NCBI GenBank assembly: GCA_944363035.1
Contig: CALVTS010000002.1
Span: forward strand, 85,277-149,276
Length of the DNA: 64,000 nucleotides
From: an uncultured Clostridia bacterium
Lineage (GTDB): Bacteria; Bacillota; Clostridia; Christensenellales; CAG-917
Reading direction: 5' to 3'
This document shows, one piece after another, positions 8,418-16,966 of this stretch (the first letter of the stretch is position 1; every line of letters starts with the position of its first letter). Both the position numbers and the translations under genes were made by a program. The notes below the pieces were generated by a model. That model saw only the letters and a list, made by a program, of their open reading frames with translations, made no database searches and was not told where the DNA came from.

Positions 8418-9569
8418 TTGGTCGTGGACGAGAGAGAAGAAAGAGCAGGCGGGATCGCCGAAAACAAGATCAGGATCGCGCAGGTCCTGGGCAATGCGGG
8501 GTCGGGCGGAGTCATCAGCTGGCTGATGAACTTTTACCGCCGTGTAGACCGAGAAAGATTCGCATTCGACTTTTATATGTATTCGCCCTCTCCCTACGAC
8601 GAGGAGATAAGATCCCTCGGCGGCAGGGTGTTTTATTATCCCAAGGTTTTCAATGTTATCGGCGCATTCGGCACTTTAAGGCGTTGTTTCAAGCGCGAGA
8701 AGTACGACATCGTGCACGTCCATATGACCACGCTCTCATTTGTCGCTCTTGCCGCCGCGAAGTCGGCAGGAGTCTCGGTGCGCATTTGTCACGCCCATAC
8801 CTCGGCGCACTCGGGGGAGGGGTGGAAGTATCTTGTCAAAGTGCTCATACGCCCACTTTCAAAGCTGTTCGCAACTCATCTTGCGGGGTGTAGCGAACTT
8901 GCAATAAACTGGTTTTACGGAAAGAAACACGCCTCCTGCGCAAAACTCATCCACAATGCCGTGGATCTCACGCGATTCGAGTTCGATGACGAATACCGCC
9001 GAGCGGCAAGAGAGGAACTCTCCTTGCCGAAGGGTAGGGTGATAGGTTTTGTGGGCAGGCTGGAAAAACAAAAGAACGCGGGTTTTGCCGTCGAGACCTT
9101 TGCCCTCGTCGCGGGCAGGACCAGGGACACATATCTTCTCATTGTCGGGTCCGGTTCCGAAAGAGAAGCTCTGAAAAAAAAGATAGCCGCGCTCGGGCTC
9201 TCCGAAAGGGTGCTCCTCATGCCCGAACGCAGAGACGTCGAGAAATATTTTGCCGTGACGGACGTCCTCGTCATGCCCTCCCTTTTCGAGGGGCTTCCGC
9301 TTGTTGCGATAGAGGCGCAGGCGGCAGGTATACCCGTCATCCTTTCGGACAACATAACCAGAGAGACAGGGCTCACAGAAAACTGCCGTTTTCTTTCCCT
9401 GAAAAGCAGGCGTGCTTGGGCGGATGCGGTCGTGGGGGCGCTGGAAAGCAGAGATGAGCGTCGCTCCGGAGGAGCGCTGGAGGGCGGTCCTTTCGATATC
9501 CGTGCAGAGGCGCGTGCGCTGGAAGAATATTATTCCTCTCTTGCGGCAAGGAAGGGAGAAAGATTGTGA
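8418..9569 (+). CDS. glycosyltransferase family 4 (GT1-fold). Start codon uncertain (TTG 8418 or GTG 8424).
   Basis: IRIAQVLGNAGSGGV N-terminus and a C-terminal EGLPLVAIEAQAAGIPV motif (E-x7-E region). Confidence 0.85.
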   Translation: MVVDEREERAGGIAENKIRIAQVLGNAGSGGVISWLMNFYRRVDRERFAFDFYMYSPSPYDEEIRSLGGRVFYYPKVFNVIGAFGTLRRCFKREKYDIVHVHMTTLSFVALAAAKSAGVSVRICHAHTSAHSGEGWKYLVKVLIRPLSKLFATHLAGCSELAINWFYGKKHASCAKLIHNAVDLTRFEFDDEYRRAAREELSLPKGRVIGFVGRLEKQKNAGFAVETFALVAGRTRDTYLLIVGSGSEREALKKKIAALGLSERVLLMPERRDVEKYFAVTDVLVMPSLFEGLPLVAIEAQAAGIPVILSDNITRETGLTENCRFLSLKSRRAWADAVVGALESRDERRSGGALEGGPFDIRAEARALEEYYSSLAARKGERL

Positions 9570-9579
9570 GGAGGCGCGC

Positions 9580-10467
9580 ATGAGTGAGCTGAAATGCTTT
9601 GTGATAGGTCATTCCGAAAGCGATCTCCCCGTCATTCCCTCCCTCACGGGAATACTGGCGGGCGGGAGCTCGTTGTCCGCGCTCACGGACGGTAGCGGAG
9701 ACAACATCGCCAACAAAAACCCTCTCATGAACGAAATGACCGCGATCTATTGGCTATGGAAGCACTACGACGAGATCGGCTCTCCGTCACACATACTTGT
9801 GGAGCAGTATCGCAGACTCTTTCTTCCTTTCGGCAAACATAATTATTACGAATCCGTCTCCCTAGGGGAGAGGGAGAAAAAGGCGGCGTCCTTCGAAGGA
9901 AGGACCGCCGAGGATGTCCTCAAAGGGAGGGATATCGCCGCGCCCTTTCCGTTGAAATGCAGAAGCGTGGCAAGACAGTATTCCATGGCGCACGGCGAAA
10001 GTGACCTTCGCCTGGCAACGGAGATCATTTCCGAGCTCACTCCCGAGTATGCGGGGGCGGCAAAGAATTATCTCGACGGGAACGCGTGCTATCTTTACAA
10101 TATGTTCCTCTTCGATCGCGAAACTTTCATGCGGTATGCCGAGTGGATGTTCACCGTACTTTTCGAATTTGAAAAGCGCAGGGAGACTACGGGGAGATTC
10201 TACATTTCAGAAAGGCTCACCGGCATCTTCTTCAAAAAGCTGGAAGAGGAGGGGAAGACCTGCCGTCATTTCCCCGTCCTGTTCGTCACGGGCAAAAGGG
10301 AAAGTCTGAAAAGCTGTATCGCGAAATTCTTCGCGGCGTTGAAGGAGGGGAGAGGGCTGAGAGCCGCCCTCCGTCCCCTTGTCGTAAAACTCCTCCCGAA
10401 AAATCTCTGGATGGCGAGAAAGCGCAGGATATTCTTTTCCGAAAAGGAGCTCGAACACATCGAGTGA
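9580..10467 (+). CDS. DUF4422 domain protein (putative glycosyltransferase of polysaccharide clusters)
   Basis: ATG at 9580 after GAGGAGG. Motifs NEMTAIYWLWKHY, VEQYRRLF, LYNMFLFDRETFMRYAEWMF, YISERLTGIFF. Confidence 0.75.
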   Translation: MSELKCFVIGHSESDLPVIPSLTGILAGGSSLSALTDGSGDNIANKNPLMNEMTAIYWLWKHYDEIGSPSHILVEQYRRLFLPFGKHNYYESVSLGEREKKAASFEGRTAEDVLKGRDIAAPFPLKCRSVARQYSMAHGESDLRLATEIISELTPEYAGAAKNYLDGNACYLYNMFLFDRETFMRYAEWMFTVLFEFEKRRETTGRFYISERLTGIFFKKLEEEGKTCRHFPVLFVTGKRESLKSCIAKFFAALKEGRGLRAALRPLVVKLLPKNLWMARKRRIFFSEKELEHIE

Positions 10468-10506
10468 GATAGGTTCGCCCGAGAAAGCGCGTCCTCTGGA
10501 CAAAAC

Positions 10507-10536
10507 AAAAGCCCCGCATTTGCGGGGACCTTTTTC
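10507..10536. terminator. bidirectional intrinsic terminator between convergent DUF4422 and wzt genes
   Basis: AAAAGCCCCGCATTTGCGGGGACCTTTTT: 7-bp GC stem flanked by A and T runs. Confidence 0.7.
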
Positions 10537-10569
10537 ATTTTCGGGGTTTAGCCTATCATATCCTGTCGT

Positions 10570-11385
10570 TCAAGACTTTTTTGCGGCGGCTTCTTCGAGA
10601 GCCTTGCAATCTGCAAGATAAGCGTTTGCCACCGTCTTGATGTCCCCCTGCATCTTTATCATGCCGTTTTCGAGATATATCCCCTTTTGGCAGAGGGTCA
10701 TTATCTGGCTCATGCTGTGTGAGACGACGATGAAAGTCGTCCCCGTTTTTTTCAGTTCCTCGATCTTGTCGGCGCACTTTTTTCTGAAAGGTATGTCGCC
10801 GACACCGAGCACCTCGTCCACGAGCATGAGGTCGGGGTTTACGTCCACCGCGATGGCGAACCCAAGCCTTGACACCATACCTGAGGAGTAGGTCTTCAAG
10901 GGTGCGTTGATAAATTCCGCAAGCTCCGAAAATTCAACTATGCTGTCGTATTTTTGTTGCATCTCCCTGTGAGAGAAGCCCATCATCGCGCCGTTGAGGA
11001 AGATGTTCTCTTTGCCGGAAGCGTTGTAGTCAAAGCCTGCGCCGAGTTTGAGAAGAGGGACGACATTGCCCTTGGTCAGCACTATGCCGCTTGTTGGGCG
11101 GATGATGCCGGAGATTATTTTGAGCAGGGTGGATTTGCCCGCGCCGTTCCTGCCGATGAGTGCGAGGGACTCCCCGCGCGGGACGCGGAAATCCACGTCT
11201 TTCAGCACCTCGAATTTTTTGTACTTTATCTTGCGTTTCAGAAATTTGATGGCGTATTCTTTGAGATTGTCGATGCGCTCGGTGGGCATTTTGAAATTCA
11301 TGCACACGCCGCGCGCGTCCACGAGCAGATTTTCGTCGGCGCGGAAATCGTGAAGTATCTCGGCAGGGGAGGGGGCGAATCTCAT
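10570..11385 (-). CDS. polysaccharide/teichoic-acid export ABC transporter ATP-binding protein (Wzt/TagH-like, no C-terminal binding domain)
   Basis: Walker A GRNGAGKSTLL, signature YSSGM, Walker B LMLVDEVL. ATG at 11385 preceded by GGAGGTG. Confidence 0.88.
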   Translation of the reverse strand: MRFAPSPAEILHDFRADENLLVDARGVCMNFKMPTERIDNLKEYAIKFLKRKIKYKKFEVLKDVDFRVPRGESLALIGRNGAGKSTLLKIISGIIRPTSGIVLTKGNVVPLLKLGAGFDYNASGKENIFLNGAMMGFSHREMQQKYDSIVEFSELAEFINAPLKTYSSGMVSRLGFAIAVDVNPDLMLVDEVLGVGDIPFRKKCADKIEELKKTGTTFIVVSHSMSQIMTLCQKGIYLENGMIKMQGDIKTVANAYLADCKALEEAAAKKS

Positions 11386-11395
11386 CCGACACCTC

Positions 11396-12244
11396 CTATA
11401 TGTGCAGGATGAACCTGTTGCGAGAGAGACGGAACAGTATCCATCCGACAAAGAAGCTGGTGAGCCCCACGCCGTAACATATCGCGTTCGCCTTCCAATC
11501 CGGGATGACGCCGCAGATGACGTCGCGGAAATAGTTGAGATAGTGGAGCATGGGGTTGAGTTCCATTATTTGCATCGCGGTGTCCCCGAGCTTCAGGGAG
11601 GAGAGGGAATAGAACACCGGAGTGAGATACATCCAAAGACGGATCACTACGGAATATATGTGCTTGATGTCCCTGAACCTGACATACACCGTGCAGAGGA
11701 AAAACGCTATCCCCATGGAAAAGAGGAGCATGGCGGGAAGCCAGGGTACGAACACCATCAGCATGGACCAATGGAAGGTGACTCCGTTTGGTATGCGGAT
11801 GAGCATGACCGCGACGAGCGCGATGAGGGAGAAAAGGAAGTTGACCACCGCGGTGAACACCTGCGCCAGCGGGAAAACGGAATAGGGCACTCTGGTCTTG
11901 TAGAGAAGATCGTAGTTGCTCACTATGCTGGTCATAGCGTTGGTGGTGGCTGCCGACATCAGCGAAAAGACGATATTGCCCGAAAGGACATAGACGGGAT
12001 AATCCATGTCTATGCCGCTCCTGCCGAATATGCTGCTGAACACGAATGCCATGACGAGCATATTGAGCAGAGGATTCAAAACGGTCCACAAGATCCCGAG
12101 CGCGGAACGGCGATACTGGTTCTTGACGCTCTTTACGACGAGGGAGACCAGGGTGATGGTGCCGCGTCTGAATCTCGAGAAAAACGACCGAATATTCAAT
12201 ACGAACGTATTGTTTTTCTTCGTTTGTGATGCCATTTGTAACAT
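11396..12244 (-). CDS. ABC-2 type polysaccharide export permease (Wzm/TagG-like). Start uncertain (12244, 12235 or TTG 12271).
   Basis: Multi-TM protein with an ABC-2 signature region (YRRSALGILWTVLNPLLNM) directly upstream of the ATPase. Confidence 0.82.
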   Translation of the reverse strand: MLQMASQTKKNNTFVLNIRSFFSRFRRGTITLVSLVVKSVKNQYRRSALGILWTVLNPLLNMLVMAFVFSSIFGRSGIDMDYPVYVLSGNIVFSLMSAATTNAMTSIVSNYDLLYKTRVPYSVFPLAQVFTAVVNFLFSLIALVAVMLIRIPNGVTFHWSMLMVFVPWLPAMLLFSMGIAFFLCTVYVRFRDIKHIYSVVIRLWMYLTPVFYSLSSLKLGDTAMQIMELNPMLHYLNYFRDVICGVIPDWKANAICYGVGLTSFFVGWILFRLSRNRFILHI

Positions 12245-12360
12245 ATTAGCATAGTTAGTCTTGTTAGTCAAACTTAATCTTATGCTTTATCTATCTTTTT
12301 GTAGTGACGTTATCACGCGCGCAAAAGGCGACGTATCTTTCGATTTTGCATAATCCGACA

Positions 12361-12383
12361 TTTATATCACCAAATTGAGTGAT
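12361..12383 (-). promoter_or_regulatory. candidate extended -10 promoter (TGaTATAAA) overlapped by an 18-nt inverted repeat ATCAC-N8-GTGAT
   Basis: The minus strand reads ATCACTCAATTTGGTGATATAAATG, in the AT-rich 350-bp region upstream of wzm. Confidence 0.3.
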
Positions 12384-12496
12384 AAAGTGGCGATACGTGC
12401 GAATGTAAACCTTCGACTGTCGCGCCTGCGTCGTGTTGTTAAAATCGCGATCCTTTTCGCATTTGTTGAAAACGCCGAAGGAAATATGCGCGGGAT

Positions 12497-12527
12497 GAAA
12501 AAAGGACGGGCGCAGTTTTGCCCGTCC
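12497..12527 (-). terminator. intrinsic terminator of galU
   Basis: The minus strand reads GGACGGGC-AAAACTGC-GCCCGTCC followed by TTTTTTT. Confidence 0.75.
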
Positions 12528-12625
12528 TCCGACCGTAACTACGGCTTGTGAAATCGTCAGGTCATTTTCGTGTTCGGAGCGTTTTGAGTTGCGAGTTCCG
12601 GGACCCTCCGAAGCGCCGGAAGCGC

Positions 12626-13504
12626 TCAGGCGTTTTCCGAGAGAGCGGCTTTCAGTATCTCGAGCGCCGCAGGGCGGAGTGCCTTGTCCCTGAGGGCGTA
12701 ATCGATGTTCGCTTTCAGGAAGCCTTCCTTGCTCCCGATGTCGTATCTCGTCCCCTCGAAGTCGTAGGCGTACACGGGTTTTTCTTTTGCCATGAGGTCT
12801 ATGGAGATCGCGAGATAATATTCGCCGTTGAGGGTGGGCTCCGTCTTTTCGATGTAAGAGTAGATGTCGTCGGTCAGTACGAATCTTCCGAGACTGGTGA
12901 GCGTGGAGGGGAGCTCGTTGATGGGAGGTTTTTCCTTGTAGCCGCTGATCCTGGTGTATCTGTCCTCGCTTTCCACGGGCACCATCACTCCGTATCTCAC
13001 CGCGAGTTCGGGAGGTATGGTCTGCACGCCGACGATGGAAGCCCCCGTTTTCTCATAGGCTTTGACGAGTTGCAAAGTCACGGGAGATCCCGGGTTGTAC
13101 ATCACGTCGTCGGGGAAGAGGAGGGCGAAAGGCTCTCCCGCCGTGAAGTTGCGGCAGAGTTCCACCGCGCCCGCCGTCCCGCGCATCTCGGGCTGGCGGA
13201 TATAGCTTATGCGCGCGCGCCCCTCATAGGCGTTGACCAGCCTGAGCATATCAAACTTGCCCGTCTTTTCCAGGGAGGCTTCGAGTTCCGGCACTCTGTC
13301 AAAGTAATCCGCGACCATCCCTTTCCCTCGGGAGAGTATTATGCAAATGTCCGTTATGCCGCTTTCCACGCACTCCTCGACGACGTAGTCGATGGCGGGA
13401 CGGTCCAATACCGAGAGCATTTCTTTTGCTACTGCTTTTGTGACGGGGAGATGTCTTGTGCCGAACCCTGCGGCAGGTATGACTGCTTTGGTGATCTTTC
13501 TCAT
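12626..13504 (-). CDS. galU: UTP--glucose-1-phosphate uridylyltransferase
   Basis: MRKITKAVIPAAGFGTRHLPVTKAVAKEM N-terminus. 292 aa. AGAGGAAAA RBS. Confidence 0.92.
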   Translation of the reverse strand: MRKITKAVIPAAGFGTRHLPVTKAVAKEMLSVLDRPAIDYVVEECVESGITDICIILSRGKGMVADYFDRVPELEASLEKTGKFDMLRLVNAYEGRARISYIRQPEMRGTAGAVELCRNFTAGEPFALLFPDDVMYNPGSPVTLQLVKAYEKTGASIVGVQTIPPELAVRYGVMVPVESEDRYTRISGYKEKPPINELPSTLTSLGRFVLTDDIYSYIEKTEPTLNGEYYLAISIDLMAKEKPVYAYDFEGTRYDIGSKEGFLKANIDYALRDKALRPAALEILKAALSENA

Positions 13505-13534
13505 AATTTTCCTCTGGTCGTTTGTTCTTTTCAT

Positions 13535-13563
13535 ATTATATCGAATCGGCTTTGTTTTGACAA
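13535..13563 (-). promoter_or_regulatory. candidate galU promoter (TTGTCA-17-TATAAT on the minus strand)
   Basis: Reverse complement of 13558-13563 is TTGTCA; of 13535-13540 is TATAAT. Confidence 0.45.
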
Positions 13564-13593
13564 CATCTTTCGGGGAATTGCACCCATTCCGCC

Positions 13594-13621
13594 TTGACTG
13601 GGCGTCTGTATGTGGTATAAT
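13594..13621 (+). promoter_or_regulatory. candidate glf promoter (TTGACT-16-TGgTATAAT)
   Basis: Consensus -35 at 13594-13599 and an extended -10 at 13613-13621. Confidence 0.5.
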
Positions 13622-13675
13622 AATTAAAAACCCCATAATAGTCTGCGTCACGGTACGCACAATAAACCGAGGTGA

Positions 13676-14791
13676 ATGATGCGTTACGATTATCTTATCG
13701 TCGGATCCGGGCTTTTCGGGGCGACTTTTGCGCGTTACGCCGCCGACAGCGGCAAGACCTGTCTCGTCATCGACAAACGCCCTAACATAGCGGGCAACGT
13801 CTACACGAAGAACGTGGAGGGCATCAACGTGCACGTCTACGGCGCGCACATCTTCCACACCTCAGACGACGGCGTGTGGGAGTTTGTCAACCGTTTTGCG
13901 AAGTTCAACGGATATGTGAACCGCGTCATCGCCGACTTCAAAGGCGAGAGATATAGCCTTCCTTTCAATATGTACACCTTTGAAAAACTCTGGGGGGTCA
14001 CCGATCCAGAGGCGGCGAAGGCGAAGATAGCGGAGCAGATCGCGGGATTCGGGATAGGGGAGATAACCAACCTCGAACAGCAGGCGATAAGCATGGTCGG
14101 CGTGGATGTCTATCGCAAGCTCGTCAAGGGTTACACCGAGAAGCAGTGGGGGAGACCCTGCACCGAGCTTCCTCCCTCCATCATCAAACGTCTGCCCCTC
14201 AGGTTCACCTATGACGACAACTATTTCAACGACAAGTACCAAGGCATCCCCATCGGCGGCTACACCGCCATGGTGGAGAGGATGCTGGACGGCATAGAGG
14301 TGCTCACGAACACGGAATATAAGAGTTTCATCGCGTCAACGAGGCACACTTTCGGGAAGACCGTCTACACGGGGATGATAGACGAATTTTTCGGTTACAG
14401 GCTGGGGAGGCTCAGCTACCGCAGTCTGCGCTTCGAGACGGAACTTCTCGACCAAAAGGATTTCCAGGGCAACGCGGTCGTCAACTATACCTCTTACGAC
14501 GTGCCGTACACACGCATAATAGAGCACAAGTATTTTGAAGGATCGCCTTCCGAAAAGACGGTGATAAGCCGCGAATATCCCGACACCTACGAAGAGGGCA
14601 AGGAGGCGTACTACACCGTCAACGACGAAAAGAACAACGCTCTCGCCGCAGAGTACAAAGCTCTTGCCGCAAAGGAGCGTCCCGACATCATCTTCGGCGG
14701 AAGGCTCGGGGAATATAAGTACTACGACATGGACAAGGTCATAGCCTCCGCCCGCGAGCTCGCCAAAAAGGAACTCGGCATATGCGTCTAG
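13676..14791 (+). CDS. glf: UDP-galactopyranose mutase
   Basis: FAD-binding N-terminus YDYLIVGSGLFGATFA. 371 aa. Family-typical YRSLRFE and GRLGEYKYYDMD motifs. Confidence 0.92.
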   Translation: MMRYDYLIVGSGLFGATFARYAADSGKTCLVIDKRPNIAGNVYTKNVEGINVHVYGAHIFHTSDDGVWEFVNRFAKFNGYVNRVIADFKGERYSLPFNMYTFEKLWGVTDPEAAKAKIAEQIAGFGIGEITNLEQQAISMVGVDVYRKLVKGYTEKQWGRPCTELPPSIIKRLPLRFTYDDNYFNDKYQGIPIGGYTAMVERMLDGIEVLTNTEYKSFIASTRHTFGKTVYTGMIDEFFGYRLGRLSYRSLRFETELLDQKDFQGNAVVNYTSYDVPYTRIIEHKYFEGSPSEKTVISREYPDTYEEGKEAYYTVNDEKNNALAAEYKALAAKERPDIIFGGRLGEYKYYDMDKVIASARELAKKELGICV

Positions 14792-14898
14792 TCAAATTCG
14801 TCCTCTCTCCCGAACCGCCCGTAAAAGGCGCCGAGCCGCTTTGTTGTTAGTATAGGTGGAATTCATGAATAAAAGCGTATTTTGGCAGGGGAAAACAC

Positions 14899-14927
14899 TT
14901 GTCAAAAGAGAGCGGATAATATATAAT
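14899..14927 (+). promoter_or_regulatory. candidate tRNA-Ser promoter (TTGTCA-17-TATAAT)
   Basis: -35 at 14899-14904, -10 at 14922-14927, about 110 nt upstream of the tRNA 5' end. Confidence 0.45.
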
Positions 14928-15044
14928 CGGTTCGTTGGGTTTCGGCGGCGGATCGCCGCACGACGGACAGTTGGACTGAGCGGTCTTGTTTTCCGCCTCG
15001 TCCAACTGCCACCCACTTTACATCTTGATAGCCGCAAGGCATAC

Positions 15045-15137
15045 GGAGGAGTCGCCTAGTTTGGTCGAGGGCGCACGACTGGAAATCGTGTAACCGTCAA
15101 AAGCGGTTCGAGGGTTCGAATCCCTCCTCCTCCGCCA
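15045..15137 (+). tRNA. tRNA-Ser (anticodon GGA), CCA encoded
   Basis: Manual cloverleaf. Acceptor GGAGGAG/CTCCTCC. Anticodon stem CACGA/TCGTG with loop CTGGAAA. Long variable arm AACCG-TCAAAAG-CGGTT. T arm GAGGG-TTCGAAT-CCCTC. Discriminator G plus CCA. Confidence 0.9.
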
Positions 15138-15568
15138 GAAAAAACCCACTCTTTAGAGTGGGTTTTTCCATAGCATGAGTCGGAGGGATCCTTACCCGAG
15201 GCTGACGCGAGTTGTTCGGTGGCGCGAAGTCTTTTTCCGCACACCGAACGTTGATTTACGGTACCGCGACGAAACGCCCCGCACGTCCTCCGTTTCATCT
15301 CACATCCTCGCTATTCCGTCCTCGCTTAGCTCGTCCTTACGAATCCCTCCTCCTCCGCCAGAAAAAACCCACTCTAGAGTGGGTTTTTCCATAGCATGAG
15401 ACGGAGAGATTCTTACCCGAGGCTGACGCGAGTTGTTCGGTGGCGGAGTTTTTTCCGCACACCGAACGCTGATTTACGGCACCGCGACGAAACGCCCCGC
15501 ACGTCCTCCGTTTCACCTCACATCCTCGCTATTCCGTCCTAGCTTAGCTCGTCCTTACGAATCCCTCC
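15117..15568 (+). repeat. tandem repeat of ~220 bp (two well-conserved copies plus the start of a third); each copy begins with the last 21 nt of tRNA-Ser plus its terminator
   Basis: CGAATCCCTCC... begins at 15117, 15340 and 15558, giving periods of 223 and 218 nt. Copies 1 and 2 differ only by a few substitutions and small indels on manual alignment. Confidence 0.85.
15141..15168 (+). terminator. intrinsic terminator after tRNA-Ser
   Basis: AAAAACCCACTCT-TT-AGAGTGGGTTTTT. Confidence 0.75.
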
Positions 15569-16005
15569 ACCACTTCCATAGTAAAGTGTGCGAACCACGC
15601 CGCAAATATGCCTTGTTCGGAGGCTATTGTCGAGGTTGCTCAAAGAGGAAAGAACAGTATATGCGGCGAGGTTCGGCGGCTTGCAGAGCAAGACGCCTTC
15701 GCCCTTTCCGATAGCTTGTTTAAGGCGGAAAACAAGTCCAAACGCAACGACTGTTTGTTGGCGTGAACTTATGGCGAACATCCCTCCTCCGTTCTCCGAT
15801 ATGCGAAAAAGACTATTCGTCTTTGTGTGCTAATTGCTCCTTTTCCCCAAACTTTTGCAAGGCGGAGTTCAAGTTGAAATGCAATGCATATTTTGGTGTT
15901 GCGGTTTTATTCCCGTCCAACATACCCACCATCCCTCCGCCTGCGTGAAAACGCTTTGTTTCTGGGCGGCATTGCGCTCGCTCGAAGTCAAGGGAATGTT
16001 TTTCT

Positions 16006-16033
16006 TTGCAAATGAGGGCGGGGGAGGTATAAT
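16006..16033 (+). promoter_or_regulatory. candidate promoter (TTGCAA-16-TATAAT) upstream of the signal peptidase gene
   Basis: -35 at 16006-16011, -10 at 16028-16033. Confidence 0.4.
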
Positions 16034-16140
16034 AGCATTGTAGCAGAGGTCGAAAACTTTTTGCGGCGCACGGACAAAAACAAGGAGTGTTGGCTGAACA
16101 GACTGTTGAAACAGCGTTTATGCTTGCTTAAACCGTCGAT

Positions 16141-16773
16141 ATGGTGTTTTCACGCAGAGCCGAGGACAGAGAGGAGAGAAAAAGACTGCCGATGTGGTAC
16201 AGGGCGGTCTCTTTGGCTCTTACCCTGCTTACGCTTGCCGCGCTGTGCTTTTCCTGCGCTCTCGCGATCATGGCGAGGATGGGTGAGGATGGCAACGGTG
16301 CGTTCGGTCACCGCATAATGAAGGTTTCCTCCGAGAGTATGCTGCCGACCTTTTCTCAAGGGGATGTGCTCCTCTTTTCGTCGTATGACAAAGAGGGTTT
16401 GGAGGAGGGTGAGATCGTGCTCTTCAAAGCCCCGTACGGAGCGTTTGAGGGGAGGTATATCACTCATCGCGTCGTCGAGGCTGTCATGACCGAGGAGGGT
16501 AGGACCTATCGCACTCGCGGGGACGCGGCGGGACTTGACACCTGGACTCTCACGGATGAAGACATAGTCGGCGTGTTTGAAAAGAAGATGCCCTTGGTCA
16601 CCGACGTTTCGAGGTATATCTCATCCTCGGCGGGCATGATGCTGGTGATAGGGCTCCCCGTGATATTGTTTGTGGCGGTGATCCTTGCCGATTCTCTTCT
16701 TTCAAAAAAACTTGCCGCGGCGGCTCCCTCAGAAAAGAAAGAGAGCGGTGAGGACGCCTCGCTCTCGGAGTGA
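16141..16773 (+). CDS. signal peptidase I, SipW-like (S26B type). Start may instead be 16192.
   Basis: N-terminal TM segment, catalytic-Ser region SESMLPTFSQGDVLLF, ITHRV and TRGDA motifs, C-terminal TM segment. Confidence 0.8.
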   Translation: MVFSRRAEDREERKRLPMWYRAVSLALTLLTLAALCFSCALAIMARMGEDGNGAFGHRIMKVSSESMLPTFSQGDVLLFSSYDKEGLEEGEIVLFKAPYGAFEGRYITHRVVEAVMTEEGRTYRTRGDAAGLDTWTLTDEDIVGVFEKKMPLVTDVSRYISSSAGMMLVIGLPVILFVAVILADSLLSKKLAAAAPSEKKESGEDASLSE

Positions 16774-16820
16774 CGGCGGGGAGGGTGTACGCAAAATTAA
16801 AAAGCATTAAATTTTCTTGT

Positions 16821-16847
16821 ATGCGCGCATATCCGCGCGCATTTTTA
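16821..16847 (+). terminator. intrinsic terminator after the signal peptidase gene
   Basis: ATGCGCGC-ATATCC-GCGCGCAT followed by TTTTT. Confidence 0.6.
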
Positions 16848-16966
16848 ATGTGCGTATATCGCGCACAAGCGCGCGCACGCGACTATAATTTTCCGCCCTC
16901 AACGGTTGCGTTTTGTTGCGCCGTATGCTAGACTTGTGATAATTTCTCTGTTCCAAGAGGTTTCGG

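Noticed and set aside
8408-8423. Identical 16-mer TCGGGTATAATTTGGT upstream of the GT4 gene, also found at 43783-43798 upstream of pcrA.
   Set aside because: About one chance 16-mer match is expected in a two-strand comparison of 64 kb. It probably reflects two similar -10 regions, not a repeat element.
15117-15945. Whether the tandem repeats after tRNA-Ser could be a CRISPR array.
   Set aside because: The repeat unit is about 220 bp, with no short direct repeats alternating with unique spacers. No cas genes are present in the window.
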